Shown here: in pieces, positions 11,273-25,300 of the stretch
Layout of the letters: the number at the start of each line of letters is the position of its first letter
Position numbering within the stretch: the stretch's first letter is position 1
NCBI RefSeq assembly: GCF_024521635.1
Contig: NW_026250404.1
Span: 310,001-374,000 of the forward strand
Length of the DNA: 64,000 nt
Reading direction: 5' to 3'
Source: Tricharina praecox
Taxonomy: Eukaryota
Position numbers and translations under genes: made by a program
The notes under the pieces: model-generated
Seen by the model: the letters and a program-made list of their open reading frames with translations, nothing else
Told to the model about the DNA's origin: nothing
The model's database searches: none

Positions 11273-12596
11273 ATGACGATGGTCAATACCGCGAGCTCTC
11301 CCCTCCTTAACGCCAAAAGCACGGTGGTGCGGTATCACGGGAAGATTCCGTACGTGCGGCGTCTCCCTGCGGCGGTGGTGGGAATCATTCTCGCTGTTAT
11401 CGTGGTGAATGCGATTGTCTGGGCTGCTGTTGGGGTTGTTTTGGTATGTTCCCTTCCGAATTGCTTGATTGATCTTGACTCTGACATGGCTTGCAGCATT
11501 TCAACGGGTATGTTGACACCCACGGGCGGATGAAGCAGCAATGCAGCGGCAATGGATGGCTGAACGGTCCCCTAGATCCCTCCTTGCAACCACAGTCCTA
11601 GCCTACACCCTCGGCCTCCGCCACGCTCTCGATGCGGACCACATCGCGGCGATCGACCTGATGACCCGCCGGCTGATCGCCAGCGGCCGCAAGCCCGTAA
11701 CCGTGGGGATGTACTTCTCACTCGGCCACAGCACAATCGTGATCATAACTTCGATCGCCGTCGCTGCAACCAGCGCCTCGCTCTCGGAGCGCTTCGACTC
11801 CTTCTCGCGCGTGGGCGGAATCGTCGGCACAGGGGTGTCCGCTGGGTTCTTGATAGTCCTTGCGGGGTTGAATGCGTTCGTGCTCTGGAAGCTGGTCGTG
11901 AAGCTGCGGGGCGTACTGAGAGGTGAGGGGGGCGGCGAGGAGAATGCCCTGGCAGAGGCCCTCCAGGGCGCTGGGTGTCTCACGAGGGTGTTTAAGGGCG
12001 CGTTCAGAATGGTCGATAGGGAGTGGAAGATGTATCCACTCGGTGTGCTGTGTATTTCTCCCCCTCTATTGGTTGTTGTTCGGTATGGAGGACTGACTTG
12101 ATGGGGACATGCAGTCGGGCTGGGGTTTGACACCTCCAGCGAAGTCGCACTCCTGGGCATAGCCAGCATTCAAGCCGCCTCCGGTACCAGCATCTGGCTA
12201 ATCCTCATCTTTCCACTACTCTTCACGGCGGGAATGTGTCTCCTTGACACCACCGACGGGGCATTGATGTCAGCACTTTACCAGACCTCCACGTTCTCAC
12301 AGGATATCGTCGCAGTCCTCTACTATAGCATTTCACTCACCGTGATCACGGTGCTGGTTGCAGTGGTCATCGGAACGATTCAGTTGTTGTCGTTGATCTA
12401 TAATGTTGCTGAGCCCACTGGACGCTTCTGGGATGGCGTGGAAAAGGTGGGAGAGTATTATGATATTGTGGGTGGCAGTATTGTGGCGCTGTTTTTGGTC
12501 GGCGCGATAGTGAGTGTGTTGGTGTATAAACCGTGGAGGAGGTGGGAAGAACGGAGGAGGATCAGAAGGGAGCTTGCAGCGGGGGCGGAACGGTAG
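11273..12596 (+). CDS. High-affinity nickel/cobalt transporter (NiCoT family, Nic1-like)
   Basis: Signature GLRHALDADHIAAID, FSLGHST, LFGLGFDTSSE, LDTTDG; includes an 11-nt microexon at 11497-11507. Confidence 0.92.
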
Positions 12597-12938
12597 ACGG
12601 TTTCTAAGGGAGAGGGCGGAGTGATGTGCCTGTAAATTCTCTATTGGTATTAGAGCTTTCTCTCCAGTGTCTGTATTGAGAGAATGAGTATTTGACCGAT
12701 GATCCAACTTTCATCAGAAAATAATATGCAATGGATTGAAGATACTTGAGACCCGTCTAAGCTGCTAGCGTCCGCGTCAGGCGCGCTTATCCAGAGCGCC
12801 CCTAAACAGAACAGCGTCTAGGTTCCAGCCGAAAATCACTGCCAAGGGCCCAGAATCCACCAGTCGGCACCTTCGATTCACTCCACCAGCCCACCACGAA
12901 CACCACCTCACGTCGAACCCCACGTTCAATCGCCCGCC

Positions 12939-13516
12939 ATGATCCAACTAAAGGTATGCTGTCCACCCTCTCCTTACCTAACATCGCTAACTATATCTAG
13001 TCCATGTTAAACTGTATCGACAACTCCGGCGCGGCGCTCGTCGAATGCGTCAAAGTGCTGAAGATGAAGCGCGCCGCGAAAGTCGGTCCGTCGATCCCAT
13101 TCCATCCCTCGGCCACTCGCACGCACGCGCTTACACGAACACACAATAACAGGCGACAGGATCGTAGTGGTAGTGCAGAAGCAGCGCAGTCTCGGTAACG
13201 AGCTCAGCGGACAGGCGGCGGCGGCACAAAAGGTCAGGCGTGGTGATATCTCCCACGCCGTCGTTGTCCGCACGAAAAAGAAGTACGGACGGAGTGACGG
13301 ATCGTTTGTCCGCTTCGATGATAATGCGTGCGTCTTGATCAATAAGGCTGGAGATCCTATGGGGACGAGATTGAATGGTGGGTTTTTTGGGATCAGGGTG
13401 GGAGGATGGATGATCGCGAAGGGTTGGCTGATTGGTGTGCTCTAGGTGCTGTTGCGCAGGAGCTGAGGGGGAAGCAGTGGTCCAAGATTTTGTCGTTGGC
13501 GCCGGCTTACGTCTAG
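12939..13516 (+). CDS. MRPL38: Mitochondrial ribosomal protein uL14m (4 exons)
   Basis: MIQLK|SMLNCIDNSGA...VGDRIVVVVQK...AVVVRTKK...RFDDNACVLINK.G.P.GTR...ELRGKQWSKILSLAP. Confidence 0.93.
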
Positions 13517-13954
13517 ATTGCGGGTGGCTGTGGTGGCAATGGCGTGTACAACAGAATTCGTTCCACGAGGTCGTGTCCTTTCCTAACTGGTGGGTAGTGC
13601 ATTTGTTTGTCGATGTGACGTGAGTTTAACTTCGGAGGTTGGTTGGGTATCGTGAGTCATGCGCAGGAAAGGCAATCATCCATCCAGACTGTGGTCTTTC
13701 CGGGTCTGGCAACGTGGTTCAGTCTGGAACGGAGTCAGGTGGGTCTAGACGGACTATTGTCTTTCTTGGCCGGGCAAGGTGACATGATATAGCATTTCAA
13801 CCGGTGGTCACACTTGGAAGGACGTCGAAGGACTTGATACCCACGCAGACCGTCAAGATTATACGCATGCCATTATCACCTTTCAAAGACATATCAAAGA
13901 CATCAAAGCAAATCTAACGCCGAATCCAACCCGTATGCTTGCCCAGAAACTGCT

Positions 13955-14580
13955 CTAATGATGTACGGATCCGCAACTTATGCAGACGTAGAAAAGAGAC
14001 TGTGCCTGGTGTCAGCCTCCTCCAAAACATCGCAGTTCTACGGCTACTGCTTACCATCTTGGTATCCTCCGTTCTCTGCTGACTCTGGAAGAACACACTC
14101 TCCGACTCGCCACACTGCGGGCAAACACGGACAGCCTTGGGCAACTACATTTCACACCATTCGTAAGCAGGCATTCTCTTGCCTTGAAGATACCGAGACT
14201 CACGGTAGGATCGCTTCCGATGTCGGTGGTGACTCCGGCGGTTTCACCCGCGTTACTAGAGAGGGTGTTGCGGAACACACAGTAGTTCTGGGCCGGTTCG
14301 GTGTTGTGGCAGGTACGGCAACGGTACATCAAGCTGGTGGTGAGGCGGTCCTGTGTAGAGAGTATAGTTTAGATTGGGAATCGGAACGGCAGGGACGAGG
14401 AGGCGCACCTCGTGGGGGTAGAGCATGTTGCTGCTGTATGGGGGTCAGCATGCTGAAGCCCAACTTGTAGAGAACGTGGCTGGATTACCATTCGCGGCAG
14501 AAGCGGAAGGCCACCTTCTCACGCGAGGAGCGCTGCTGCTGCTGCGAATCGGGAGCTGGAGTACCGGCGTCGGAAGACAT
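13955..14580 (-). CDS. RPB9: RNA polymerase II subunit Rpb9 (spliced)
   Basis: FRFCRECSNMLYP, YRCRTC, DIGSDPT, CPQC.ESESVFFQSQQRT, LFYVCISC zinc ribbons across GT-AG introns. Confidence 0.93.
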
Positions 14581-14921
14581 CTTGGATGGTTGGTTGGTGG
14601 TATTAATATCGTATTGTCCGTATTCGTTCGAGTTGCAGACGGAGAAGTTGAACGCGAGAGAGAGGAAAAGAGTCGACAGCTGTAACAAGGAGCTAGTAGC
14701 GCGAGGGCTGCTACTTATTATGAGCACGCGTTAGGTTGGTTTAGAGCGCAATCTCTTACTCAGCAAAAAAATAATCTTGGCACCTGCGGGCAGCGACAAT
14801 TCGGAAGGCTCCATCACAGTTTACGATTTCCCACTACCCCCACCACCACCGGCCCATTCAATTGCCAGCCTCCTCACCCGCTACCACCACCTCGACCTTC
14901 ACTCCACTCGATCTCTTCGCA

Positions 14922-15543
14922 ATGGTTCTGGCTTCCCGATGCTGTGCCCGTCTGGCGGTCCGCTCGTCCTTCTCGCTCGCGCCGAAGGCGGCGGCACTCC
15001 CGGTGATGAACCGGCGGTACAACTCGACTGCCGCGACCGATCCCAAGATCGCCTCCATTGTCGACCAGATATCCGGGTTGACACTGCTGCAGACCGCCGA
15101 GCTGGTGTCTTCGCTCAAGGTAAACTTCCAGCCCCCGCCTGCCCGACTCGGCACAACTTCTGAGGATGGCACGGAGTAAAACGGGCAACTGATGCGATCC
15201 CCACCTACCCCGCGATTTCCAGACCCGCTTGAACATTCCCGACATGGCGCTCCAATCGTTTGCCGCTTCTCCGGCCGCTGCCCCCGCCGCTGCCGCTGAG
15301 GAACCCGAGGAGGAGGTCGTCCTAGAGAAGACCATGTTCAATGTCAAGCTTGAGAGCTTCGAGGCTGGTTCGAAGCCCAAGATCATCAAGGAGGTCAAGT
15401 CGCTGCTCGGTCTGTCGTTAGTGGACTCGAAGAAGTTCGTTGAGTCGGCACCCAAGATTCTGAAGGAGGGTTTGTCGAAGGAGGATGCCGAGAAGATCCA
15501 GAAGACGCTACAGGACCTCGGTGCGAAGGTTGTGCTGGAGTAG
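14922..15543 (+). CDS. MNP1: Mitochondrial ribosomal protein bL12m (L7/L12), 2 exons
   Basis: Arg/Ser-rich presequence; IVDQISGLTLLQTAELVSSLK; EKTMFNVKLESF...KIIKEVK.LLGLSLVDSKKFVESAPK; intron 15120-15222. Confidence 0.92.
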
Positions 15544-15744
15544 AGAAGGACTAGAAGGTTGGGTAGAAAAGAATGGGCAATTTGTACTTTGATAGGGAAC
15601 GACTGTGTATATCTAGCAGATGACCTTGCACTGAGTTGCATTTCGTACCAGACCAGTATCATTATTCTCAATCCCGACGCCGACACAACAAACATACAAA
15701 CACACAAACAAAAAAACGGTATTACGAGTACATTAGACATAATA

Positions 15745-16503
15745 TCAAGCAATAGAGGAAGCCAGAATCTCTTTTTCTTCCCTCATGATCTCGTAGTCAT
15801 CAGAGTTTAAATCACTCGCCTCATCCCACGCCTTATCAAACTCGGGGTCTTCCAAGCCCAGCTCAGGTGCCAGAACCTGCCAAATGTTTTCGCGAAGACG
15901 TTTATGCTGTTGGACAATCCCGTATTAGCGCCCATTACCATCCCGTTGTTCTCCAGGGGGGTGCAAAGCATACCCTCTCACGATCCTCCTCCATCCGCTG
16001 TTGGATAAGAGTATCCGAGAACCGCCGCCTCTTCTGCCGCCCAGGCGGGTCATCGTCGTCGTCATCGTCGTCACCAGACACAGTGTCGTCCGAAGACTCG
16101 TCGGTGGCTTTGTGCGCTGCCTCTCGCTGCGACAGCATCTCGGTCATATCCTTCAGTGTCTTGCGATCAACGATGCCTTTCCTATTGAGACTCTGCAGGA
16201 CCTGCACCACTATCAGCACACACCCCACGTAAGATACATGCCTTGGGTGGACTACATACTTTCCGGACCGTCTCGGCGTTCGCGGCGCCCTGCGGATCAT
16301 TCGGCGTAACCGCGTCGACAATCAGCGGCAGGTCTCGCTGGATCATCTTGACATACGTCAAGTGATCCATCTTGAGACTCTGCTCGCACAGGCTTTCGAT
16401 GAAGTAGAGAACATTGACGCGGACGTTCATGGAGCAATCTTTCTACGCTCGCTGTTAGCTCAACTCAGCTCAGCCTAGCATACGAACCCACCACCACCAC
16501 CAC

Positions 16504-16539
<36 letters not shown>

Positions 16540-16693
16540 CCGACTGCAGTTGCTCGAGGATGACGCTAAACAGGTCCTCGTCTACATCGCGATTCTTAAG
16601 CGCAAACTGGGCGCATTGCTTTGCAGCTACGGCAGAGGCAGTGAGGTTCGAGATCAGCCGCGTGAAGTGAAGGCGGCACTGGAATGCGTCCAT
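15745..16693 (-). CDS. CTK3: CTD kinase-I gamma subunit Ctk3 (spliced)
   Basis: MDAFQCRLHF..L..L.AS....KQCAQFALKNRD.DEDLFSVILEQL; MNVRVNVLYFIE; QRMEEDRERHKRLRENIW. Confidence 0.88.
16505..16535. repeat. (AG)15 microsatellite in CTK3 intron 1
   Basis: Direct reading. Confidence 0.95.
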
Positions 16694-16941
16694 TATTGTG
16701 GTTGTCGGAGGAGGAAGCGGCGGAGCAGCATTGGGAGCTGCGGCGAGTGCTGGCGGGTGGTGGCCCGTCGCGACAACCTTGGGCGTCCGTCGAAGAGGGT
16801 AACTTCTCGGTGGCTGACGGATGCTGCACAGCCACAGATGCCACGCTTATTTTTTAGTAGGGCTCGTGTTTAACCCATGCTCACCACCAGGCAAAGCAGC
16901 TCTACTCGTACTGTGCTATACACCACATCCGCAGCCGCACC

Positions 16942-18024
16942 ATGTCCCGACCAGAGTTCACCAACGACCGTCTCGGAATACTGCACGGCATAACGCAAGA
17001 TGAAGCACCCCCGCACTCGGCACCGTCTCCCAAGCGAGCGAAAAAGTCCCACCGCAGCTCGCGCTCTCACTCCGGCGACGACAAAGACCGAGACCGAGAC
17101 AACGACGGAAACGGGGGTCGGGACCGAGACCGCAAATCCAAAAAATTCCGCTTCAAGAAGCCGCACCGTTCGAAGGAGAAAGAGCGCACCAGCTCCAGCC
17201 GTCACACCAGCAGTAGCACGTCCAAGACTCCGCGTGACAAATACCACGCCCCACTAGACGACGACCCGACAGCCTACGACGACAGCTACATCCCGAACCT
17301 TGCGGCGTGGAACTCCTCGTCCGGTGGTCCCGACGCGGCCTTCCGCGAGTCCCTCTTTGACGCCATGGCGGACGACGAGGGCGCCGCATTCTGGGAGGGG
17401 GTCTACGGCCAGCCTATACATGTTTATCAGCGCCCGCCAGCGAAGGATGAGAGGGGGGAGCTGGAGATGATGGACGACGAGGACTATGCGAAATATGTTA
17501 GAGAGAAGATGTGGGAAAAGAGTCATGAGCACATCATGGAGGAGCGCGTTCGCCGGGAGAGCAAGAGGGAACGGAGGAAGAAGGAGGAAGAAGAGGAGCG
17601 GGTTGAGTGGGAACGTGAGGAAAAGGAGCGGCGGGTGAGGGATAAGTTGAGGAGGGAGAAGAGGTCGATCGAGAAAATGCGCGCGCGCTGGGAAGAGTAC
17701 GCCCAGTACTGGGAAGCTCATGCCAAAGGGCCAGGCGGCGGTGATGGTGGGGGTGGTGGTATACCTTGGCCCGTCGCCTCCGGTAAGTCACGAGATGTGA
17801 CAAGGGAAGCCGTCGAGGAGTTTATTCTTGCCGCTTCCGGTGGTCGGTCATCTTTGGCGGATGTTGTCAAGGTGGAGAGGATACGATGGCATCCAGACAA
17901 AGCCCAACAGCGGTGGGGCCGGGATGCTCTCGGCGAGATGGAAATGAGGGCCGTCACAACTGTGTTCCAAACCCTGGACGCATTATGGGCGGAGCACAAG
18001 AAGCAGAACGAGAAACCCTCATGA
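16942..18024 (+). CDS. Conserved fungal protein: K/R/D/S-rich N-terminus, coiled coil, C-terminal RWHPDK (J-like) motif; NFKBIL1-like
   Basis: Intronless 360-aa ORF; AFRESLFDAMADDEGAAFWEGVYGQPIH and IPWP...KVERIRWHPDK motifs. Confidence 0.8.
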   Translation: MSRPEFTNDRLGILHGITQDEAPPHSAPSPKRAKKSHRSSRSHSGDDKDRDRDNDGNGGRDRDRKSKKFRFKKPHRSKEKERTSSSRHTSSSTSKTPRDKYHAPLDDDPTAYDDSYIPNLAAWNSSSGGPDAAFRESLFDAMADDEGAAFWEGVYGQPIHVYQRPPAKDERGELEMMDDEDYAKYVREKMWEKSHEHIMEERVRRESKRERRKKEEEEERVEWEREEKERRVRDKLRREKRSIEKMRARWEEYAQYWEAHAKGPGGGDGGGGGIPWPVASGKSRDVTREAVEEFILAASGGRSSLADVVKVERIRWHPDKAQQRWGRDALGEMEMRAVTTVFQTLDALWAEHKKQNEKPS

Positions 18025-20355
18025 ACGATGGTAGCTACAGACGTAGCTTGCGCGGCATGTTGATTTTGCATTACATGCAAGTACTTGCAAGTACTCGTAA
18101 TGCTTTTGACTTCCACTTTATAGGTGGGTACTTCATACTTGATTCGAATAATAGCAACGGCGGTAATGATAATTGCAATCGTCAAGTCCGGGCGAAAGAG
18201 TCCTGCCCACTGGCCGCAACCGCCTGCTACCCGTCTTTCCCCTTGTCCCGTCTATGGCCTTGCAGGCGAGGAAATCCTGGTTCTATGTACGAGCTCATTG
18301 TGGTAATAATGTGTATAGACGGGGTTCATCCACTTTCTCCGGGTTGTGTGTGGTGGGTATTCCACGGCAACGCAATCACGACCCGAGTCCAATCTCGGGC
18401 TTCAGGATCAGTGGCAGGGCCTTGCTGCCTCATGCTTGCCGTCCCGGCGATGGATTCAGCCATGCGATTAGATGATCTGATAATTATCTGGTGACAGTTG
18501 CGAGTACTCGGGCATTGTGCAGTGTGATGTGTAATTGATTACTCGGGAATAGAGTGGGGCCTGGACTAGCTAAAGGACCAGCGTGTATCATGCAAGAACG
18601 TGGCACCGGTCCAATCAACGGACTTGGGCCGTGAGATCTGAATCAATTCCTACATGCAAAGTATCTACAGTAATTATGCTTCGGCGTCTTCGATTCGAGT
18701 GAAGCTGAACTGACGGGACAGCTAGCTACAGCACCTACTATTAGCTATAGTACCGGTAGAGTGGCCAGCAAGCAGATCGTGAGTGAATGGCGCTCCAAGA
18801 GCATCGTGAGGGGGCTTACTATGATAGTATGATACAGCCCACTAGAACCCTCATACGACGAATCGCCGGCTCCGACAAATAACCCCCTATAGTAGCAACG
18901 ACGAACTACTATTATACACTAACCAAGTAACTATGCTGTTGTGATGTGCATATCCGCTCCGACTTCTGGCCCGAAACTACGGTAGGTACGATCCAGCGAC
19001 GCATTGCCAATGCCCTTAATGCCAGTCAGCGACAATTCGGCCTCTCCGTCTTTCTTCTCAGAGCGTCCATAGTGTCGCCATAGAGCTGCTGCTTACTTGC
19101 ATCGTTAGACGTTGGCTTTCTCACTTGATATTTTCTTCTCTCTCTCCCTCTGAATCCTCCCGTGCTCTCGCCACCACCGCCAAAACCACTACCAAAACAC
19201 CACCATCATCATCACCATCACGTTAGACTCAAGCACACTGTCCTCGTTTCCGGCCCGAACCACAAGCAAGACTTCCGCTCCACGCACACTTACACTGCAG
19301 TGTTCAGTACTACCTACATCACTGTGCGGCTCTCCTCTCCGCTGCAGCTTCCCCGGCCCCGAATTGCGACCGTCATTGCCGACCGCCGTTCTTGGGCACT
19401 CATTCTCATCCGAATAACGCCGAATTCGAAACACAAAAGATAAAAATAAATCAGCAACAACAACAAGCTCTATCACCGTTCTCCTCTCTTTCTCTCCCTC
19501 TTTCTCTCCCTCTTCTCTCTCTCTCTTTCTCCTCAGAGCTTGACACCGAAACCAAAGCGACTTCTCACTTGAGCCCCAAAACAATTCCAATACGTACAAA
19601 GGAGCTCATAGACATAGCAAGTACCGAGGATATCCTGCTTACGGAGAATAAAGAGCAGCTTCTCCATTGCCACCTTCATACACCCCTCCGCAGTATCATC
19701 ATCATCACCATCATCATCCTCATCATCATCCGTGACGTGGAATTGAGCGGTCGGCTATAGCCACTGCTACAGCAATAGTCACAAGCCAGTCAACGGGCCC
19801 TCCTCATTCTTACCCCCTCCCCCCCGGTTTCTGACGAGTATCACTGCCCCTCTCATTCCCCCTCCCCACTGCCCGCCTCGCCCCTCTCCACCCCCTCTCC
19901 ACCTCCACCAGTTCACCGTCCACCACTTCGTCGCTATTGTTGCCGTTCACAGGTTGTCACCAGCTTGTAACTGCTGCTACTGTAACTTCTGCCAACTGCT
20001 ACTGCTCCTCTACTGCAGCCACCACCACCACTACCACCGCACACCCCCCGCCTTCCACATTCCCGGCTGAACTCACCCATTTGTTTCTTCATTGTTCGAA
20101 AGCACTCGCACACACAACTTAACCCAACTTAACCCAACTTAACCCAACCCATCCCATCCCAACCCCCCCACCCCCCCACCGCTCCCGTCGCCGTTACTAT
20201 CACCTCCTCCGTACCCGCCCAACCTCCCAATCCTCCTCCTACCCTTCCTTTCCCCCTCCTTCTCCTCTCTCCACTCGAAACTCAAGGGGATCGGAACGAA
20301 GCTCTCTTCCGGCAGTCCTCCCTCTCTCATCCCTCCCGCCCCGGCTACCTCGTAT

Positions 20356-22025
<1,670 letters not shown>

Positions 22026-22407
22026 TCATTTGTCCGTCGTGACTTTCGTCTCTTATATTCCCTCATTCGGCATTTATTTTCTTCTCTCCTTTTTTTCTTT
22101 CCTTTTTATAATATTGCTCATGGGGGTTTTCTTTATCTGCTTTCCTCCGAACACTGGTTGAACGTTTTCTCTTTTCGCTTGCCGTCATTTTACGATGTGG
22201 ATGGTCGTATCCGGGAGAAGGGGGGGTATTTGATCTGTACGGTGTTTTTATGGGCGGGTTCGGTTCGGTGGGAAAAAGTGCTTCCTCTTGTATAGTGGTT
22301 TTGCTCCGGTGGCTGCATATACTACTGATTTGAGATCGGGGGTCATCTGAGGTTATAGCCGGGACTGCCACTCTGGGGAGGGGACGCGCGTGGCAGGAGC
22401 AAGTGGA

Positions 22408-22436
22408 GGGGGGGGGGGGCGGGGGGGGGGGGGGGG
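22408..22436 (+). repeat. G12-C-G16 homopolymer downstream of the PKA gene
   Basis: Direct reading. Confidence 0.9.
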
Positions 22437-23122
22437 CATGATTACTACAGAAGTACTTCTACCATAGATGCCATCCGCCCGCGCACGCACTCACTCACTC
22501 ACGCTGTATGTATGTATGTATTCGCGAGTTTCCGATGAAATGGTATTTACATACTGGGATCGGGGGAGGTGGGTGGGATGGTATGGTGATGAAGGGAAAG
22601 GTTATGAGTTCTCTCTGTAACTGTTTATGTCTGGCGTTTATTTACAGGAATGAAATGATATGATAACGGTGTGGATTTCGATTTCGCTTGTGACGAGCAG
22701 GAGTGTGCGGGGGGAGGGGGGGATTGCGAGCACGTCGTCGGAGAGTCGGTACGCCTTAAACTGCGCGTGGGTTGGACACACCCTGTCTGTCTGCCTGTGT
22801 GTACCGGTATGTAGATCCATCTAGATCAAGAGATCCAGATATGGGACACGCTACAGCACTCGAAATGATCCCATTCTCCTCAGCCGACACATATCCGCCA
22901 GTCAGTCAGTTAGCCTCCCCCGCGCCCAAGTATTAGGCCGGGAAAGTTCCGGCGCGGCCCACGCCTACTCGCGTTAGCGTTGTACGACGCCTTTTTGCAG
23001 GCGCAACCCAACGAACCCAAACCAAAAAAAAAAATCTCGTCGTCCCAGCAGCAGCAGCAGCAGCAGCGAATCTCGAATCTGCGAATTTTACGTCCTCGAA
23101 CTCCACACACCCGACCGCAATA

Positions 23123-25300
23123 ATGGACCGCTTCGCCTCCGCGGCGAACTGGAAGCTCGAGCAGCAGTACGAGACGCGCGGGCCGCGCGTGTTGTCGAAG
23201 AAACAGGCGGCCAAGGAGCGCAAAGCTGGCAAAGCTGGCGGCGCCGGCGGGCGCCTGCCGATCAAGAGGCAGGACGGTACGGTGGTCGCTGTGGTGTTGA
23301 GTCCGGTTGGGTCTGATGAGGAGTCTGAGGAGGAGGGAGAGGACGAGGAGGGGGAGGGGGACGGGGACGGAGAGGAGGGGGACAAGGTGAAGCAGGTGAT
23401 GTTGGATCTGAGGGAACAGAGAGAGAGGGAGGAGGAGGAGGCGAGGAGGCCGAAGGTGCCGGAGAAGAAGAGGGTGGTCGATGCGAAGGAGGAGCTTGCG
23501 AGGATCGCCTCGCAGGTTCAGGAGGATCCTGAGGAGAATGTGAGTGCTCGATCACATGACGGCGGCGTTGGGGGAATTGATTGGGCGCGGGGTTGTTGAC
23601 GACTGTGTGTGCGCGGCGATAGATCATGATGCTCAAGCGCATGCGCGAAATGACCAGCGATCATAATCCTACGATACAGCGGCTGGCGCTGGCTGCGCTC
23701 ATGGCCGTCTACAAAGATATCATCCCCGGCTACAGGATACGGCCGCTCACCGACGAGGAGCAGAGGATTAAGGTTTCGAAGGAGGTCAAGAAACTGCGCG
23801 GGTTCGAGCAGGGCCTCGTCAGTGGGTACCAGCTGTATGTGGAGAAGTTGGGGCGGTTAGTTAAAGGTTGGTCTCCGCTTGATGTGATGAGAGGGCGAGG
23901 CGGTGCTGACGATGGATGGGTAGCTTCGAGAACGAATGTGACGCCGACCTCCGTGGCTGTCGGAAAAGTCGCCGTGAACTGCGCATGCCAATTGCTCTCC
24001 CACGTCCCGCATTTCAACTTCCGCGGCGAACTGTTGAAGATCGTGGTCCAGGTGCTCAGCGTCAAAACCGTCGACGAGAACTTTATCAAGTGTCGCTCTG
24101 CGCTGGAGGAGATCTTCCGGACGGACGAGGACGGCGTGGTCTCTTTCGATGCGGTGCAGCTGCTCACAAAGATGTTGAAGGCGAAACATTACAGGGTCGA
24201 TGAGTCCGTGCTGAATACGTTCTTGAGTCTAAGGCTGCTATCGGAGCTAGATGTCAAGGCATCTATGGAGACGGTGGATAATCCGAATAGGAAGCGGAAG
24301 AAGAAGGATCGCGAGTTCAGAACGAAGAAGGCGAGAAAGCTGGAGAAGGATAAGAAGGAGGTTGAGAAGGAGATGAAGGAGGCCGATGCGACAGTCACAT
24401 ACGAGGAAAGAGAGGCAAAACAGAGCGAGACGCTGAAGCTGGTGTTTGTAACATACTTCAAGATCTTGAATGAGAGGCCGCCCGGACTTATGGCTGCTAC
24501 GTTGGAGGGATTGGCGAAGTACGATGCCCGTGTCCTAATATTGTGGTCATGGATTCTAACGAAGGAACAGGTTCTCGCACTTGATCAATTTGGACTTTTT
24601 CGGTGATCTCCTGGTGGCGTTGAAAGAGCTCATTGCCGAAGCCGAAACCGAAGCAGACGCAGAAGACGAAGACGAAGCCACGGCCACCGAGACGCGGAAC
24701 GCCACGCGAGAAGCCCTGCTCTGCGTCATCACCGCCTTCGCCCTGCTCCAGGGCCAAGGCGAGAAGATGCTCAACGTTGACCTCAACTACTTCACCTCAC
24801 ACCTCTACAAGACTCTCATGCCGCTCGCTCTCGACGCGGATATCGAGTTCTCGCATAAATCCCTCCGCCTGGCCGACCCAGACTCCCCCGCCCTATCGGC
24901 GCCTCGTGTCAACGTGGCTACCCAGATCGAGATGGTGATCCGAGCGCTCGACGCCCTCTTCTTCAAGCAGAACGGCGCAACGAATGTCTCGCGCATGGCA
25001 GCGTTCACCAAGCGACTACTCCTGACGGCGCTGCATATGCCCGAGAAATCAACAATGGCGTCGATAGGTGTGATCAACAAAATGGGGAAGAGGTATCATC
25101 GGCAATTATCCGGACTCTTCTCGACCGAGGAGAGCGTCGGAGATGGTGTCTACATGATGGATGCTGATGAGCCGGAGAGGAGTAATCCATTTGCTGCGAC
25201 CATCTGGGAGACGCTGTTGCTCGAGAAGCATTATTCCCCCGCAGTACAAGAGGCGGCGAAGGGGATGCAAAAGATATTTGTACAGAAGAAGCAGCGGTAA
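23123..25300 (+). CDS. NOC3: Nucleolar complex-associated protein Noc3 (4 exons)
   Basis: EDPEEN, VYKDIIPGYRIRPL, PHFNFR, LKLVFVTYFKIL, LEGLAKFSHLINLDFFGDLL, NPFAATIWE..LLEKHY.P; introns about 23539-23622, 23867-23923, 24518-24570. Confidence 0.93.

Noticed and set aside
13683..13728. 9-bp inverted repeat TCCAGACTG...CAGTCTGGA between MRPL38 and RPB9
   Set aside because: Short stem compatible with chance; no recognisable RNA family
14791..14804. CAGCGACAATTCGG identical to 19027-19040
   Set aside because: Isolated 14-mer matches are expected by chance in a 64-kb self-comparison; no further support
15120..15222. Possible intronic C/D snoRNA in the MNP1 intron (TGAGGA...CTGA)
   Set aside because: Boxes are only ~30 nt apart and CTGAT is better explained as the branch point
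20116..20150. Telomere-like (AACTTAACCC)n
   Set aside because: Not a CCCTAA array; only three units, in a low-complexity leader
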